Positions 19,267-29,618 of a stretch of 64,000 nucleotides of DNA are shown one piece after another (positions within the stretch are counted from its first letter, which is position 1; the number at the start of each line of letters is the position of its first letter). The notes under the pieces were generated by a model, which did no database searches, was not told the origin of the DNA, and saw nothing but the letters and a program-made list of their open reading frames with translations. This DNA comes from Bartonella sp. HY328 (lineage in GTDB: Bacteria; Pseudomonadota; Alphaproteobacteria; Rhizobiales; Rhizobiaceae): NCBI RefSeq assembly GCF_025449335.1, contig NZ_CP104883.1, positions 2,475,224 to 2,539,223 of the forward strand, in the 5' to 3' direction. Position numbers and translations under genes: made by a program.

Positions 19267-20133
19267 ATGAAAGGACACGCAATGCTTCCTGAAGAAAAAG
19301 AGGGTTGGACCCCGTTTCCCCATTCAGACGACGATGCCGCAGTTATCCATAAGGTTCCCATTACACCGCAAACACAATCACCCGCTTATCGTCTTGCCTA
19401 TACGGATGAAGACTTTTTAATGCGCCGCGAAATGCGATCCGTGCGCTTAGGCCTTGAAATGATGAAGCCTGAAATAACTTTAAGTGAGCGCGGCATTCGC
19501 TCAACGGTTGTGCTTTTTGGGGGGGCGCGTATTCCAGCACCCGGTCAAGATGCTTGGGCGGCTAAAAACGACATACAGCGGAAAAATCTTGAACTTGCCT
19601 CTCGCTATTATGATGAAGCCCGGCATTTTGCTCGGCTTTGCTCGCAATATTCAGCCACTACTTACCACCGCGAATTTGTCATTGTGACCGGTGGCGGACC
19701 GGGTGTGATGGAAGCGGGCAATCGCGGTGCCGATGATGTAGGCGCACCTAGCATTGGCCTAAACATTGTTTTACCGCATGAGCAGGCACCAAATCCCTAT
19801 GTAACGCCTGATCTTTGTTTTAATTTCCATTATTTTGCCATTCGCAAAATGCATTTTTTGATTCGTGCCAAGGCTTTGACAATTTTTCCAGGCGGCTTTG
19901 GAACTCTAGACGAATTATTTGAAACCTTAACTCTTATACAAACGGGGCGCATGGAACGCGTACCTGTCATCTTATTTGGCAAAGAGTTTTGGCAAAAATC
20001 CATCAATGTTGAATTTTTAGCCGATCAAGGAACGATTTCGCCGGATGATTTGGATCTCTTAACCTATGTGGACACCGCGCAAGAAGGCTGGGAAAAAATC
20101 CGCAATTTTTATGATTTAAAAAGCCCAGTTTAA
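19267..20133 (+). CDS. LOG family (TIGR00730-like) Rossmann-fold nucleotide-binding protein.
   Basis: GGGPGVMEAGNRGA and PGGFGTLDELFE motifs. Confidence 0.7.
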   Translation: MKGHAMLPEEKEGWTPFPHSDDDAAVIHKVPITPQTQSPAYRLAYTDEDFLMRREMRSVRLGLEMMKPEITLSERGIRSTVVLFGGARIPAPGQDAWAAKNDIQRKNLELASRYYDEARHFARLCSQYSATTYHREFVIVTGGGPGVMEAGNRGADDVGAPSIGLNIVLPHEQAPNPYVTPDLCFNFHYFAIRKMHFLIRAKALTIFPGGFGTLDELFETLTLIQTGRMERVPVILFGKEFWQKSINVEFLADQGTISPDDLDLLTYVDTAQEGWEKIRNFYDLKSPV

Positions 20134-20169
20134 ACAATGATAATAATTTACATTCAAATCACAATATTG

Positions 20170-20208
20170 AAAAAGGCTTTGCTATAAAACGAGCAAAGCC
20201 TTTATTTT
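20170..20208. terminator. Bidirectional terminator (aaaggctttgct...agcaaagccttt) between the LOG gene and fruA.
   Basis: 12-bp inverted repeat with flanking A/T runs. Confidence 0.6.
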
Positions 20209-20234
20209 CAAATCTTTGTTTGCAAGGCAAAATT

Positions 20235-22007
20235 TTAAGCATTGGCTGCGGTTTTTATGCTACTCTTAATGGGTCTCATAAACAAACCGAGACACATAAT
20301 GGATACAGCACTCCCACCTATTAAAGCAGCAAAATAACCAAAATAATTTGTAACCACATTGGGAATAAGCACAAGTAGAATACCGCCATGAGGAGCGCTC
20401 AAACTTGTGCCTAAACCATAAGCAAGTGCACCAGCGAATGCAGAACCTACCATAAGGGATGGTATAACCCGAAACGGATCGCGAGCAGCAGTCGGTATTG
20501 CGGCCTCACTGATAAAGACCAACCCTAAAATAAAAGTTGCAACTCGTGAATTTTGCTCTTCATCGGTAAAACGATTTGGAAAGATAAATGATGCACAAGC
20601 TAATGCTATTGGTGGCGTCATACCTGCAATCATTGCCGCAGCTATAGGCCCACCAATCCCTTGAGCTATTAAAGCAACCGACGACGCATAAGCCGCTTTA
20701 TTAACTGGACCACCAAAATCAAACGCCATCATAGCACCAATAATAAGTCCTACCAGTGCAGCATTGGCTCCACCTAAACTTTTCAGCCAAGCTTCAAGGC
20801 CATGATTAATTTGTGCAACTGGATCACCCGCTACATAGATCATGAATAGGGCGACAAAGGCGGTTGCTATCGGCGGGATAATTAAAACTGGCATTAATCC
20901 AGATAGACTACGCGGCAATTTAATAAATTTGATCATTGCCAATACGAAATAGCCTGCTAAAAATCCTGCAATAATTCCTCCTAAAAAGCCCGCGCCAATT
21001 TCTTGAGCGAAAAGACCGCCAATTAGTCCAGGTGCAAGACCTGGTCTATCAGCAATAGAAAAGGCTATATAGCCGGCAAGAATAGGAACCATGAGAGCAA
21101 AGGCTTTTTTCGCACCAATATTAAAAATTGTATGAGCAAAACTAGTACTTTCTTTATCAACACCAATACCGCCAATAGCAAAGGCAAATGCTATAAGTAA
21201 CCCACCTGCCACCACAAAAGGCAACATGAAAGAAACACCTGTCATCAAATGCTTATAAACACCTGCACCTTTAGCATTTTGTTGCGCAGTTTCTTCTTTT
21301 GCAGCCTGATTGGATTGAAGCTTAGCATTGTTAGCAGCTTCCTTAATATAATCTGTTCCCTTATTAATGGCTACTTTTGTACCACTTGCATAGACACGTT
21401 TGCCAGCAAAGCGCGAACGATCAACCTCTCGATCAGCTGCAATAATAACAAGATCAGCATCTTTAATTTCATCTGCCGTCAAGGGAGTACCAGCACCAAC
21501 AGAGCCTTGTGTTTCAACTCGGATATTAATACCAAGCTCTTTACCACTATCAAGCAAAGCATCGGCTGCCATAAAAGTATGGGCAATACCAGTTGGACAC
21601 GAGGTGATGGCTACAATATTTTTTATTCCACCAAGATTGTCTTTGCCTGCACTATCAGTCTCTTTGTTATTTGATTTTTCAGTTTTTGGAGCGCCTTTGC
21701 CATTAGAAAACCGCGCTAATATTGCCGATGCATCATTTAGGACATCATCAAGTTCAATATTATAAACATCCCCGCCATTAAAACGTGCGGCATAGCCACT
21801 ATTATCAAGCGATCCAACGGTATCGCTTACAACCAGCAAAATGTCATCTTTGTCACGTGCAACGGGAATACGCAAAGCCTGTCCATTAGGACTGATCGAT
21901 ATCTCGACCTCCAATTTTGCTGCAAGCGCGGCAGCTGATAAAGCTTCCCGCGCCAAGACATCAAGGACCTGATTGCCCTGTTCTTCAATTACTATAAAGA
22001 GTTTCAT
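20235..22007 (-). CDS. fruA: PTS fructose-specific EIIB'BC component.
   Basis: 590 aa with IIB-like N-terminal domains and a polytopic IIC C-terminal domain. Last gene of the fruB-fruK-fruA operon. Confidence 0.85.
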   Translation of the reverse strand: MKLFIVIEEQGNQVLDVLAREALSAAALAAKLEVEISISPNGQALRIPVARDKDDILLVVSDTVGSLDNSGYAARFNGGDVYNIELDDVLNDASAILARFSNGKGAPKTEKSNNKETDSAGKDNLGGIKNIVAITSCPTGIAHTFMAADALLDSGKELGINIRVETQGSVGAGTPLTADEIKDADLVIIAADREVDRSRFAGKRVYASGTKVAINKGTDYIKEAANNAKLQSNQAAKEETAQQNAKGAGVYKHLMTGVSFMLPFVVAGGLLIAFAFAIGGIGVDKESTSFAHTIFNIGAKKAFALMVPILAGYIAFSIADRPGLAPGLIGGLFAQEIGAGFLGGIIAGFLAGYFVLAMIKFIKLPRSLSGLMPVLIIPPIATAFVALFMIYVAGDPVAQINHGLEAWLKSLGGANAALVGLIIGAMMAFDFGGPVNKAAYASSVALIAQGIGGPIAAAMIAGMTPPIALACASFIFPNRFTDEEQNSRVATFILGLVFISEAAIPTAARDPFRVIPSLMVGSAFAGALAYGLGTSLSAPHGGILLVLIPNVVTNYFGYFAALIGGSAVSIMCLGLFMRPIKSSIKTAANA

Positions 22008-22133
22008 CTTATTCCTCCCGCCATTTTAACGGCAGTTAATATTCTTGATGACGGAGCGTGGTCAGATTAGATGCGAAAAATATTGCAATACAGTACCAAT
22101 ATTCTTGCTTCTCCATATTTAATCCCACACCTT

Positions 22134-23066
22134 TTACAAAATTCGACAAATAACCTCGCGCGAAAACTGCGAAATCACCGAGCGTTCAGGTAAATCAGCG
22201 CCTGTAAGCATTAATTTTCCTGCGGCGAAAGCTGTAGCAAGACGCGCAGTTGCTTCTAAATCAGCATGCTCGACTAAACTTGCAACAATACCCGCCACCA
22301 TAGCGTCACCTGCACCTACGGTACTTGCTATATTTTCTATTTTGATTGATGCGTGAATTGCTCCATGGCGTGAAATAAATAAGGCACCTTCGCTGCCCAT
22401 AGATATTACAACCAAACTAACACCACTTTGCTGTAATTTAAATCCTTCAGCCAAAATTTCGTCAATGCTAGTTAACTTATGTCCAGCCCATTCACTCAAT
22501 TCAGCAATATTTGGCTTTACAACCATTGGTAAATATGGAGCTGACAAAACAGCATTGAGAGCCGCGCCTGAACAATCAACAATACTAAAATGATGACGAG
22601 CATGCTGTGCCGCGACAAGGTCTGCATAAATATCTTGCGGACAGCTTGGCGGCAAACTACCCGCTAGCACAAGATAACCAGTATTTTCTTCATGAAGTTT
22701 TGTATTAAGCTGATTTAACTCGAGCTTACCGGGAGCAAGTCCAGGCAAATTAATATCGGTTGTTTCATTTGGCGTTAAAATTTTGACATTGGTGCGTGTT
22801 GCACCTTTAAGCCTAATAAACCGGTCATCTACATGACGTGCCGCGAAAAATTTTTCAAAAATCGTGAGATTTTCATCGCCTAAAAATCCTGTAGCAGCAA
22901 CTGGAATGCTATAAGCACCAAGACATGCAGCAACATTAATGCCTTTGCCACCTGCATCAAAGCGCACTGAAGTTGCGCGATGAACATTGCCAATTGTTAG
23001 ATCATCGAGATAAACGGTTTCATCGATTGCTGGATTTAAGGTAAGGGTCGTTATGGAACTGGTCAT
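22134..23066 (-). CDS. fruK: 1-phosphofructokinase (PfkB family).
   Basis: 310 aa ribokinase/PfkB fold. Its start overlaps the fruB stop in an ATGA arrangement. Confidence 0.85.
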   Translation of the reverse strand: MTSSITTLTLNPAIDETVYLDDLTIGNVHRATSVRFDAGGKGINVAACLGAYSIPVAATGFLGDENLTIFEKFFAARHVDDRFIRLKGATRTNVKILTPNETTDINLPGLAPGKLELNQLNTKLHEENTGYLVLAGSLPPSCPQDIYADLVAAQHARHHFSIVDCSGAALNAVLSAPYLPMVVKPNIAELSEWAGHKLTSIDEILAEGFKLQQSGVSLVVISMGSEGALFISRHGAIHASIKIENIASTVGAGDAMVAGIVASLVEHADLEATARLATAFAAGKLMLTGADLPERSVISQFSREVICRIL

Positions 23067-25612
23067 TATTTATTATCCTGCACAGTTTTTTTATCTAATG
23101 CGCGCACTTCTTTTGCGGTTTTAAGTTGAAGAGCATTTTGAGCGCGTTGGCGCATTTGCGTTAGGCTTTCTGTTCGAAAACGTGCTTTAACCGCAGGAAT
23201 ATCGCGCGGTGTCATCGAAAGTTCGGTAACGCCAAGTCCTGCTAGCAAGGTTGCCCCATAAGCATCGCCTGCAATACCGCCACATACTCCCACCCAACGA
23301 TCATATTTTTTTGCGCCCTTAACCGTAAGATCAATCATGCGTAAAACCGATGGATGCAAACTATCTGCCGAGGCTGCAAGATCAGGATTTTGCCGATCCA
23401 CTGCCAATGTATATTGGGTAAGATCATTTGTCCCAATGGAAAAGAAATCTACATGCTCGGCAAGAACATCTGCCATAATAGCTGCAGCTGGAACTTCAAT
23501 CATAATACCAAGAGGCACACTTGGCGCACCAATAGATTGACGAATTTCTTCCGCTCGTTCTTTTAAAGCCAAAACTTCATCAAGCGACATAATCATTGGA
23601 AACATTATGGATAAATTGCCACCATCCTTAGCTGCACGATATAAAGCGCGCAGTTGCGGATAAAGAAGATCTGGCCGCCGCAATAATAAGCGTGCGCCGC
23701 GCACACCTAAAAACGGATTTTCTTCATGGGGTAAATCAAGATGCGCCACCTGCTTATCGCCGCCAATATCCAGCGCACGGACAATAAGTGGCTTATCGCC
23801 TAATGCATTAAGCATTGCGCGATAGGTTGCATATTGCTCATCCTCATCAGGAGTATCGCCGCGCTCTAAAAATAGAAATTCTGTTCGCATAAGTCCAACG
23901 CCTTCGGCGCCTTGCGAAAGAGCAAGTGGTACTTGCTCAGGTTGATTAATATTTGCAGCAATATCAATTGTATAATCATCAAGCGTTGTCGCTGGAAGTC
24001 CCCGCTCGGCCTTTTGCTTTTCTTGCTCTTTTGCAATTTTTTCAATTTCAGCTTTTGCGGCATTTTGATCAACATTATCAGGATCAAACCAAACACCGCC
24101 CCCATTGCCATCGATAATTGCAAATTGCCCATCTCGTACATCAAGCAGCGAGGGACCAGCTGCTACAACAGCAGGCAAGCCAAGCGTACGTGCAAGAATG
24201 GCGGTGTGAGACGTTGGGCCACCTAAGGCTGTTGCTATTGCAATGACACGGCCGGGGACAAGCCCTGCAGTATCTGACGGCGACAAATCATCAGCAATGA
24301 TAATCACGCCACCCTCTGGAAGATCACTTAATGAGCCAGAGGCAAGAGCTGGATCGATTTGCCCAAGCACACGGCGACCAACGTCCAACAAATCAGCTGA
24401 ACGCGCGGCAAGCAATGGATTGCTAGAGGACTTCAGGCGTTCGGCCGTTTCATGGATAGCCTTTGACCAAGACCAAGCAACGCCATGCCCCTCAACCATA
24501 TGGCGGCACGTTGCAGCAATAAGGCTTTCATCATCAAGCAATTCACTTTGTGCTGAAAATATTGCGGCATCACTGGCACCCAAACGCCTTGTTACATCAT
24601 CAACCAGCGCTTTCATTTGAGCGCGCGTAGTTTCAATAGCATGTTGAAGGATTGGACCGCCTTGCGCCAAGCTTACTGGAATATCTGCAACTTCGACATT
24701 TTGGCTACTTACTTTATAAACCGCACCTATTGCTAAGCCAGGACTAGCGCTAACACCAATTATCGGAGTTTTTCCTGATGGCGGCAACCAATTGGTCATC
24801 GCCTGTTCAGCTTTTTTAAGTGCTGCTTTTTCTGCAGCTTGCTTTTCTGAGGCGGTTAAACCTTTTACCGCCTTGATAAAAGTTTGCAAATCTTGGCGTG
24901 CATTATCTGCTCCATCATCATCAGCTGCTGAAAAAACAACTATATCACCAGCCTTGGCATTAAGTTCAAGCAAGGATACCAAGCTTTTAACATCTGAAAT
25001 GACATTGCCATTACGTACCTGCAATTTTGTTTTAGTTGCTTTTGCCGCATCAATCCAAACAGATGCTGGCCGCGCATGAAGGCCGTTTGGGTAATCAACC
25101 AACCATTCTTCACAAATGGCAAAATCTTTAGCTGGAGCAAGATTTGCGCCAGCATCATCTTGCGCGCTATCATTACCGTCAAAAACGACCTCAACAACAT
25201 CATGCTTATCATTGGTTTTGATAAGCTTTTCTAAAACAAACGGCTTTCGCAACAATCTTGTCAATTGACGCAATGTGTTGAGGTGACCTTCCCCTTTAGC
25301 CGCGATGCCAAAAATAAGATAGGCCACCTCACCATTTCCCCAGTCAACCCCCTTGGGTACTTGCAAAACTGCAACTGCATCCTCTTTAACTAGCTCTTTA
25401 TCCTCAACCATGCCATGAGGAATGGCAACACCTGAACCTAACCAAGTATTAGCAACGCCTTCACGTCCCAACATAGAGTTTACATAGCCCACATCTACGG
25501 CACCAGCATCAATTAATAATTTGCCAACAGCTTCAATCGCCGACTTTTTGTCAATGACATCGCTACCAAGCTGGATGAGTTTTTCTTTTGAGGAAGTGCT
25601 ATTTAAAGCCAT
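23066..25612 (-). CDS. fruB: Multiphosphoryl transfer protein: fused fructose EIIA - HPr-like (FPr) - Enzyme I.
   Basis: 848 aa. The N-terminus is an EIIA(Fru/Mtl) domain, an HPr-like segment contains LHARPAS, and the PEP-utilising Enzyme I core forms the C-terminal ~550 aa. This architecture is known for the Rhodobacter-type FruB(MTP). Confidence 0.85.
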   Translation of the reverse strand: MALNSTSSKEKLIQLGSDVIDKKSAIEAVGKLLIDAGAVDVGYVNSMLGREGVANTWLGSGVAIPHGMVEDKELVKEDAVAVLQVPKGVDWGNGEVAYLIFGIAAKGEGHLNTLRQLTRLLRKPFVLEKLIKTNDKHDVVEVVFDGNDSAQDDAGANLAPAKDFAICEEWLVDYPNGLHARPASVWIDAAKATKTKLQVRNGNVISDVKSLVSLLELNAKAGDIVVFSAADDDGADNARQDLQTFIKAVKGLTASEKQAAEKAALKKAEQAMTNWLPPSGKTPIIGVSASPGLAIGAVYKVSSQNVEVADIPVSLAQGGPILQHAIETTRAQMKALVDDVTRRLGASDAAIFSAQSELLDDESLIAATCRHMVEGHGVAWSWSKAIHETAERLKSSSNPLLAARSADLLDVGRRVLGQIDPALASGSLSDLPEGGVIIIADDLSPSDTAGLVPGRVIAIATALGGPTSHTAILARTLGLPAVVAAGPSLLDVRDGQFAIIDGNGGGVWFDPDNVDQNAAKAEIEKIAKEQEKQKAERGLPATTLDDYTIDIAANINQPEQVPLALSQGAEGVGLMRTEFLFLERGDTPDEDEQYATYRAMLNALGDKPLIVRALDIGGDKQVAHLDLPHEENPFLGVRGARLLLRRPDLLYPQLRALYRAAKDGGNLSIMFPMIMSLDEVLALKERAEEIRQSIGAPSVPLGIMIEVPAAAIMADVLAEHVDFFSIGTNDLTQYTLAVDRQNPDLAASADSLHPSVLRMIDLTVKGAKKYDRWVGVCGGIAGDAYGATLLAGLGVTELSMTPRDIPAVKARFRTESLTQMRQRAQNALQLKTAKEVRALDKKTVQDNK

Positions 25613-25649
25613 TGCATAATCCTAAATTAAAACTTAAGGTGCATTGAGT

Positions 25650-25661
25650 GAAAACGTTTTC
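25650..25661. promoter_or_regulatory. Perfect 12-bp palindrome GAAAACGTTTTC (Cra/FruR-like half-sites TGAAAC/GTTTCA) about 38 bp upstream of the fruB start. Candidate LacI-family operator.
   Basis: Palindrome read directly from the sequence. It lies in the divergent fruB / LacI-regulator intergenic region. Confidence 0.45.
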
Positions 25662-25826
25662 TTACTTAATGTCAAGTCGATTATATTTCATGAAATAAAA
25701 AATGGATAAATTGCAAATTAATAAACATATTATTCAAAAATCCTTAGAATAGCCTTATATAGAAGATCCTATTTAAGGCCTTGCTACTTTCACTAGAAAT
25801 TTTAATATAAACATGACGGAATACCA

Positions 25827-26822
25827 GTGGTAAAATTTTCCTGTAAAACAATTAGTATCAAAGATGTTGCTAAAGCTGCTGGCGTTTCAACGGCAACCGT
25901 TTCACGTACCCTTGCCAATGGTAAAGTTAGTGATGATATGCGCGAAAAGGTTGAAAGTGCCATTTTAAAAACTGGCTATCGGCCTAATTTGGCAGCACGG
26001 CGCTTACGTTCGCAACAAAACAAAACTATTGGATTAATTGTTGCTGATATTCGCAATCCCTTTTTTACCAATATTGCCCGCCTCATTGAAACGGCAGTAG
26101 AAAAGGAAGGTTTTCGTATTATTTTATGCAATACCGATGAAAATACCGAACGTGAACAACAACATTTATCGCAAATGATCGAAGAAAGGGTCGCAGGTGT
26201 TATTCTTGCTTCAACACCTGAAGGCCTTAATAATCTTGATAATTGGCCTGCTTCTATTCCCTTAGTCTTGATTGATCGCACCCTTCCCCATGCGAAATTT
26301 GACCAAGTGAAAATTGATAATGAAAATGCCAGCCATGAGATGATTCGACATATGGTTAAAAATGGCAGAAAAAAAATTCTTTGTCTTTATAGCCAAAATA
26401 GCATTACTGGTCTTGCCCGCAAAAACGGCTATGAAATGGCAATTCAAGAGATGGGGCTAGATGCCAATAGCCAAGCTATCGCCCATGGTTCATCACTTTC
26501 CCAGATTGCTGCTATTTTTGAAAATATAAACGATATTGACGGTGTTTTTATCAGCAATGGAGTTTTAGCCCTGCGTGTTTGCACAGCCTTGTTGCAGGCA
26601 AAAATATCTATTCCACAACAATTATCAGTTGCAACATTTGATGATGAGCCTTGGGCGGCTCTCATCGCTGGTGGATTAAGCGTTATCGACCAACCCAAAG
26701 AAGATATTGCCCAACAAGCGGTGCGGCTATTATTTCAGCGTATGGAAAAGCCCTCCATCGATCCTGAACTAGTTGTATTATCTGGCCAGCCGATTTTTAG
26801 GAATTCTACTCGCAATTATTAA
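25827..26822 (+). CDS. LacI family transcriptional regulator (candidate fructose operon repressor, divergent from fruBKA).
   Basis: N-terminal HTH IKDVAKAAGVSTATVSRTLAN followed by a periplasmic-binding-protein-like sugar-binding domain. A GTG start is likely. Confidence 0.8.
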   Translation: MVKFSCKTISIKDVAKAAGVSTATVSRTLANGKVSDDMREKVESAILKTGYRPNLAARRLRSQQNKTIGLIVADIRNPFFTNIARLIETAVEKEGFRIILCNTDENTEREQQHLSQMIEERVAGVILASTPEGLNNLDNWPASIPLVLIDRTLPHAKFDQVKIDNENASHEMIRHMVKNGRKKILCLYSQNSITGLARKNGYEMAIQEMGLDANSQAIAHGSSLSQIAAIFENINDIDGVFISNGVLALRVCTALLQAKISIPQQLSVATFDDEPWAALIAGGLSVIDQPKEDIAQQAVRLLFQRMEKPSIDPELVVLSGQPIFRNSTRNY

Positions 26823-26865
26823 AGATTGATGGGGTTCCAATAAATGCACCAATTGGAGATTTGAT

Positions 26866-28179
26866 ATGCCTTCACGCCGTCAGTTTATTTCACTTGCACC
26901 AGCAATTCTTGGTGCAATGACTATATTACCAAAAATTGCAAAGGCTCAATCAAGCGCTGAATTAGGCGGCGCGCAAGCGATCAATGCATCCGTATTTTAT
27001 GGCGAGCATATTAAAGCTGTCACAGCTGTCACGGAAGTATTTGGGCGTAGCCAACGCACAACTGCCGCAATTATTGAATATGATCAAGTCATCCAACATG
27101 ACAATATTTCTAAAACTCAATGGAGCGTTGCAGGCCGCACTATATTAAAGGCCTATGCAAGCAATGATGCTAAAAAGGCAACAAATTCAAGTAATGGGGT
27201 TTTTATCATCCTTGAGCTTGATCCCAATGACGAGGGGGCAGAGACTTATGCGCCCAAGGTTGAAACACCAGCAACCGTCATGGTTTCACAGGTTAAACCA
27301 TTACAAACACTATCGGGAACCATCTATCCGCCAACAGATAAAGCCATTATCAATACAAGACAAGTCAACCTTATTGTTGATGATTTTTTACAATTTAGAT
27401 ATATAGATCCCTTAACTGGCCTTCTGCTTAACTATAACTTATATATTCCTAAGAATTACGACAAAGCAAAGTCTTATCCATTAGTCTTATTCATGCATGA
27501 TGCTGGTGTTACTGGAACCAATCCACTTCGCACCCTACAGCAAGGATTAGGGGCGATTTCTTTTGCCAGTCCATCAGACCAAGAAGCCAATCCAGCTTTT
27601 GTCCTTGCCCCCCAATATCCAACAGCCATTGCCAATGACGCTTCACAAACTAGCGATTATGCTGATGTTACCATTCGTCTCATCAACAGCCTATTGGATA
27701 ATTATAGCATTGATAGCACACGCCTTTATACCACGGGACAATCGGGAGGCTGCATGACATCCATTGCTTTGAATATTAAATATCCCGATTTATTTGCTGC
27801 ATCATTTTTAGTTGCTGGTCAATGGGATCCTGCACAGGTTGCGCCCTTAGCCAAGCATAAAATTTGGATTATTGTCTCACAAGATGATGATAAGGCATAT
27901 CCTGGCATGAATGCGATAACCGATAAACTGGAACAAAATGGCGCTAAAATAACCCGTGCCATATGGGATGGCCAGTCCAGTCCATCTGAGTTTCAAGCAG
28001 CACAGGAAAAAATGATTAATGAAGGGCCAGATAGCAACATATATTATGTTGCCTTTCGTGCTGGCACGGTTATTCCAGTTGGTGAAAGTGGGCTCGGCGG
28101 CGGTCATGTCTGGACGTGGCCAATAGCTTATGCAATCCCTAGTGTACGCCGCTGGCTGCTAAGTCAGCAGAAAACATAA
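26866..28179 (+). CDS. Tat-signal secreted alpha/beta-hydrolase (esterase / PHB-depolymerase-like family).
   Basis: N-terminal SRRQFISLAPAILGA...AKA twin-arginine signal. GQSGG nucleophile elbow. Confidence 0.6.
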   Translation: MPSRRQFISLAPAILGAMTILPKIAKAQSSAELGGAQAINASVFYGEHIKAVTAVTEVFGRSQRTTAAIIEYDQVIQHDNISKTQWSVAGRTILKAYASNDAKKATNSSNGVFIILELDPNDEGAETYAPKVETPATVMVSQVKPLQTLSGTIYPPTDKAIINTRQVNLIVDDFLQFRYIDPLTGLLLNYNLYIPKNYDKAKSYPLVLFMHDAGVTGTNPLRTLQQGLGAISFASPSDQEANPAFVLAPQYPTAIANDASQTSDYADVTIRLINSLLDNYSIDSTRLYTTGQSGGCMTSIALNIKYPDLFAASFLVAGQWDPAQVAPLAKHKIWIIVSQDDDKAYPGMNAITDKLEQNGAKITRAIWDGQSSPSEFQAAQEKMINEGPDSNIYYVAFRAGTVIPVGESGLGGGHVWTWPIAYAIPSVRRWLLSQQKT

Positions 28180-28191
28180 ATTAAATAACGG

Positions 28192-28225
28192 ATAAAGCGG
28201 TTTTAATATTTAAAACCGCTTTATT
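28192..28225. terminator. Bidirectional terminator hairpin (aaagcggtttta...taaaaccgcttt).
   Basis: 12-bp inverted repeat between convergent genes. Confidence 0.55.
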
Positions 28226-28274
28226 GTATCGCATAAAACTGTTTATTCAACATATCGCTGAGACCAGATGATTG

Positions 28275-29618
28275 TTACACAATCAGAGCTGCACCAGCAG
28301 GTGCAATTGCTGCAGCTTCCTCATAACATGTTTCAAGGCGTTTAAAGGTTAATGGCTTGCAATGAACAATGCCATCAGCAACAAAATCGCTAGGTTTTTG
28401 GTCATAAATACCGCAAACTGGCAATTCATTTTTCAACCGAGCTTTGGTCACTCCTAAAATCGTGCGTTCGCCCTTTAAAAATGCGGTGGTGCGTAAATCA
28501 CGGGCTTCTTCAAAGCGCAATTCAAGGCTACCATCAATCAAGGTTTCTAAAATGCCGCCTGCACGTTCAAAACGCTGAAATTCTTCCCATGCAGCTTCAA
28601 CAAGCACATCTGCCTGCTCACTTTTTTCGTTAGCGTCAAATGTAAAGGTAGCTGCATTTTCTTCAGCCAATATAAGTTGGCTTAACAAAGCTTGTCGGCG
28701 TGCAAATGAATCGGCAAGACCAAGTGGCATAGAAAATGGCAAAACATTAAGCGAAACAACACCCGATGAAATTGCTGCATAGCTAGCAAGATTGCACCGT
28801 GAAATATTCAATAATGGATCATGAGCACTCATCATGCGCATTGATGTTTCAACATGAATTATTGCAGGAAAAGGATTTTCGACTCCAAGATCCTTTTGAA
28901 TTTTATGCCATAAAAGTCGTAATGCGCGCAATTTTGCCTTACCAAGGGCTGGATCTTGATCAAGGGCTGTTGCAAAACCAATATGAGGCAGCGTGTATAA
29001 TATGTGATGTCTGCCATCTTCAATCATTTTTAGATGACTAACAGCAACCGACAACATAGCGCCAATTTCTTGTGCCTCAGTCGCGCCGGCATTATGGTAA
29101 GGACGACCATCAGCTTCAAGCACAATACCTGGAAGCCCTGAAGAGAAAAAAGCCGACATAGACTGGGGTAAGGATGCTTTTAATGCTGCAATAGACATTT
29201 TAAGCCGGCCAGTTGTTGCAAGACTTGCTGTCGGGTCTGTGCCAAAAGTAATTTGCGTGCGATTTAAATCGATACGACTTTTTTGCAAATAAGTAATAAA
29301 CGTATCTGTAATAGGACGACCGTGAGAATGATTTTCCAAGCGCAGATGCAAACCAGCAAGGTCAATTCCATCAAATAATTTCTCAATTGTATCAGGCTCA
29401 GGCGGCAACCCAAATCCGTAAGCATTGTGGGCGCCAGCAAAAACAATAGCAACACCATTGGCACCATTGGCAATATCTTGCTTCAACTGCTGATTTGCGC
29501 GACGAACATCAGGATCATCAGCTCGCTGCATTGCCGACCAACCAAATTGGCGTTGATTAATCTTACCACCGGAGGATTGTTGAATTTTTACGCTTTCAAC
29601 AGATAATTTGTTATCCAT
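28275..29618 (-). CDS. Methylmalonyl-CoA mutase family protein consisting only of the substrate-binding (beta/alpha)8 barrel, with no cobalamin-binding domain.
   Basis: Segments align to the MCM alpha barrel: GANGVAIVF...LFDGIDLAG matches GMAGVAI...LFDGIPLD, and ARRQALLSQ...ILGVTKARL matches ARNTQ...LIGVNKYRL. The protein ends about 50 aa later, so the B12-binding module is absent. Confidence 0.6.
   Translation of the reverse strand: MDNKLSVESVKIQQSSGGKINQRQFGWSAMQRADDPDVRRANQQLKQDIANGANGVAIVFAGAHNAYGFGLPPEPDTIEKLFDGIDLAGLHLRLENHSHGRPITDTFITYLQKSRIDLNRTQITFGTDPTASLATTGRLKMSIAALKASLPQSMSAFFSSGLPGIVLEADGRPYHNAGATEAQEIGAMLSVAVSHLKMIEDGRHHILYTLPHIGFATALDQDPALGKAKLRALRLLWHKIQKDLGVENPFPAIIHVETSMRMMSAHDPLLNISRCNLASYAAISSGVVSLNVLPFSMPLGLADSFARRQALLSQLILAEENAATFTFDANEKSEQADVLVEAAWEEFQRFERAGGILETLIDGSLELRFEEARDLRTTAFLKGERTILGVTKARLKNELPVCGIYDQKPSDFVADGIVHCKPLTFKRLETCYEEAAAIAPAGAALIV

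Noticed and set aside
20235-25612. Numerous 60-140 aa ORFs antisense to fruA and fruB (for example 21249..21674, 21400..21765, 23866..24144, 23912..24226, 24243..24620, 24792..25079).
   Set aside because: Embedded in long, well-conserved PTS genes. Their compositions are Cys/Ser/Arg-rich or low-complexity, typical of antisense frames.
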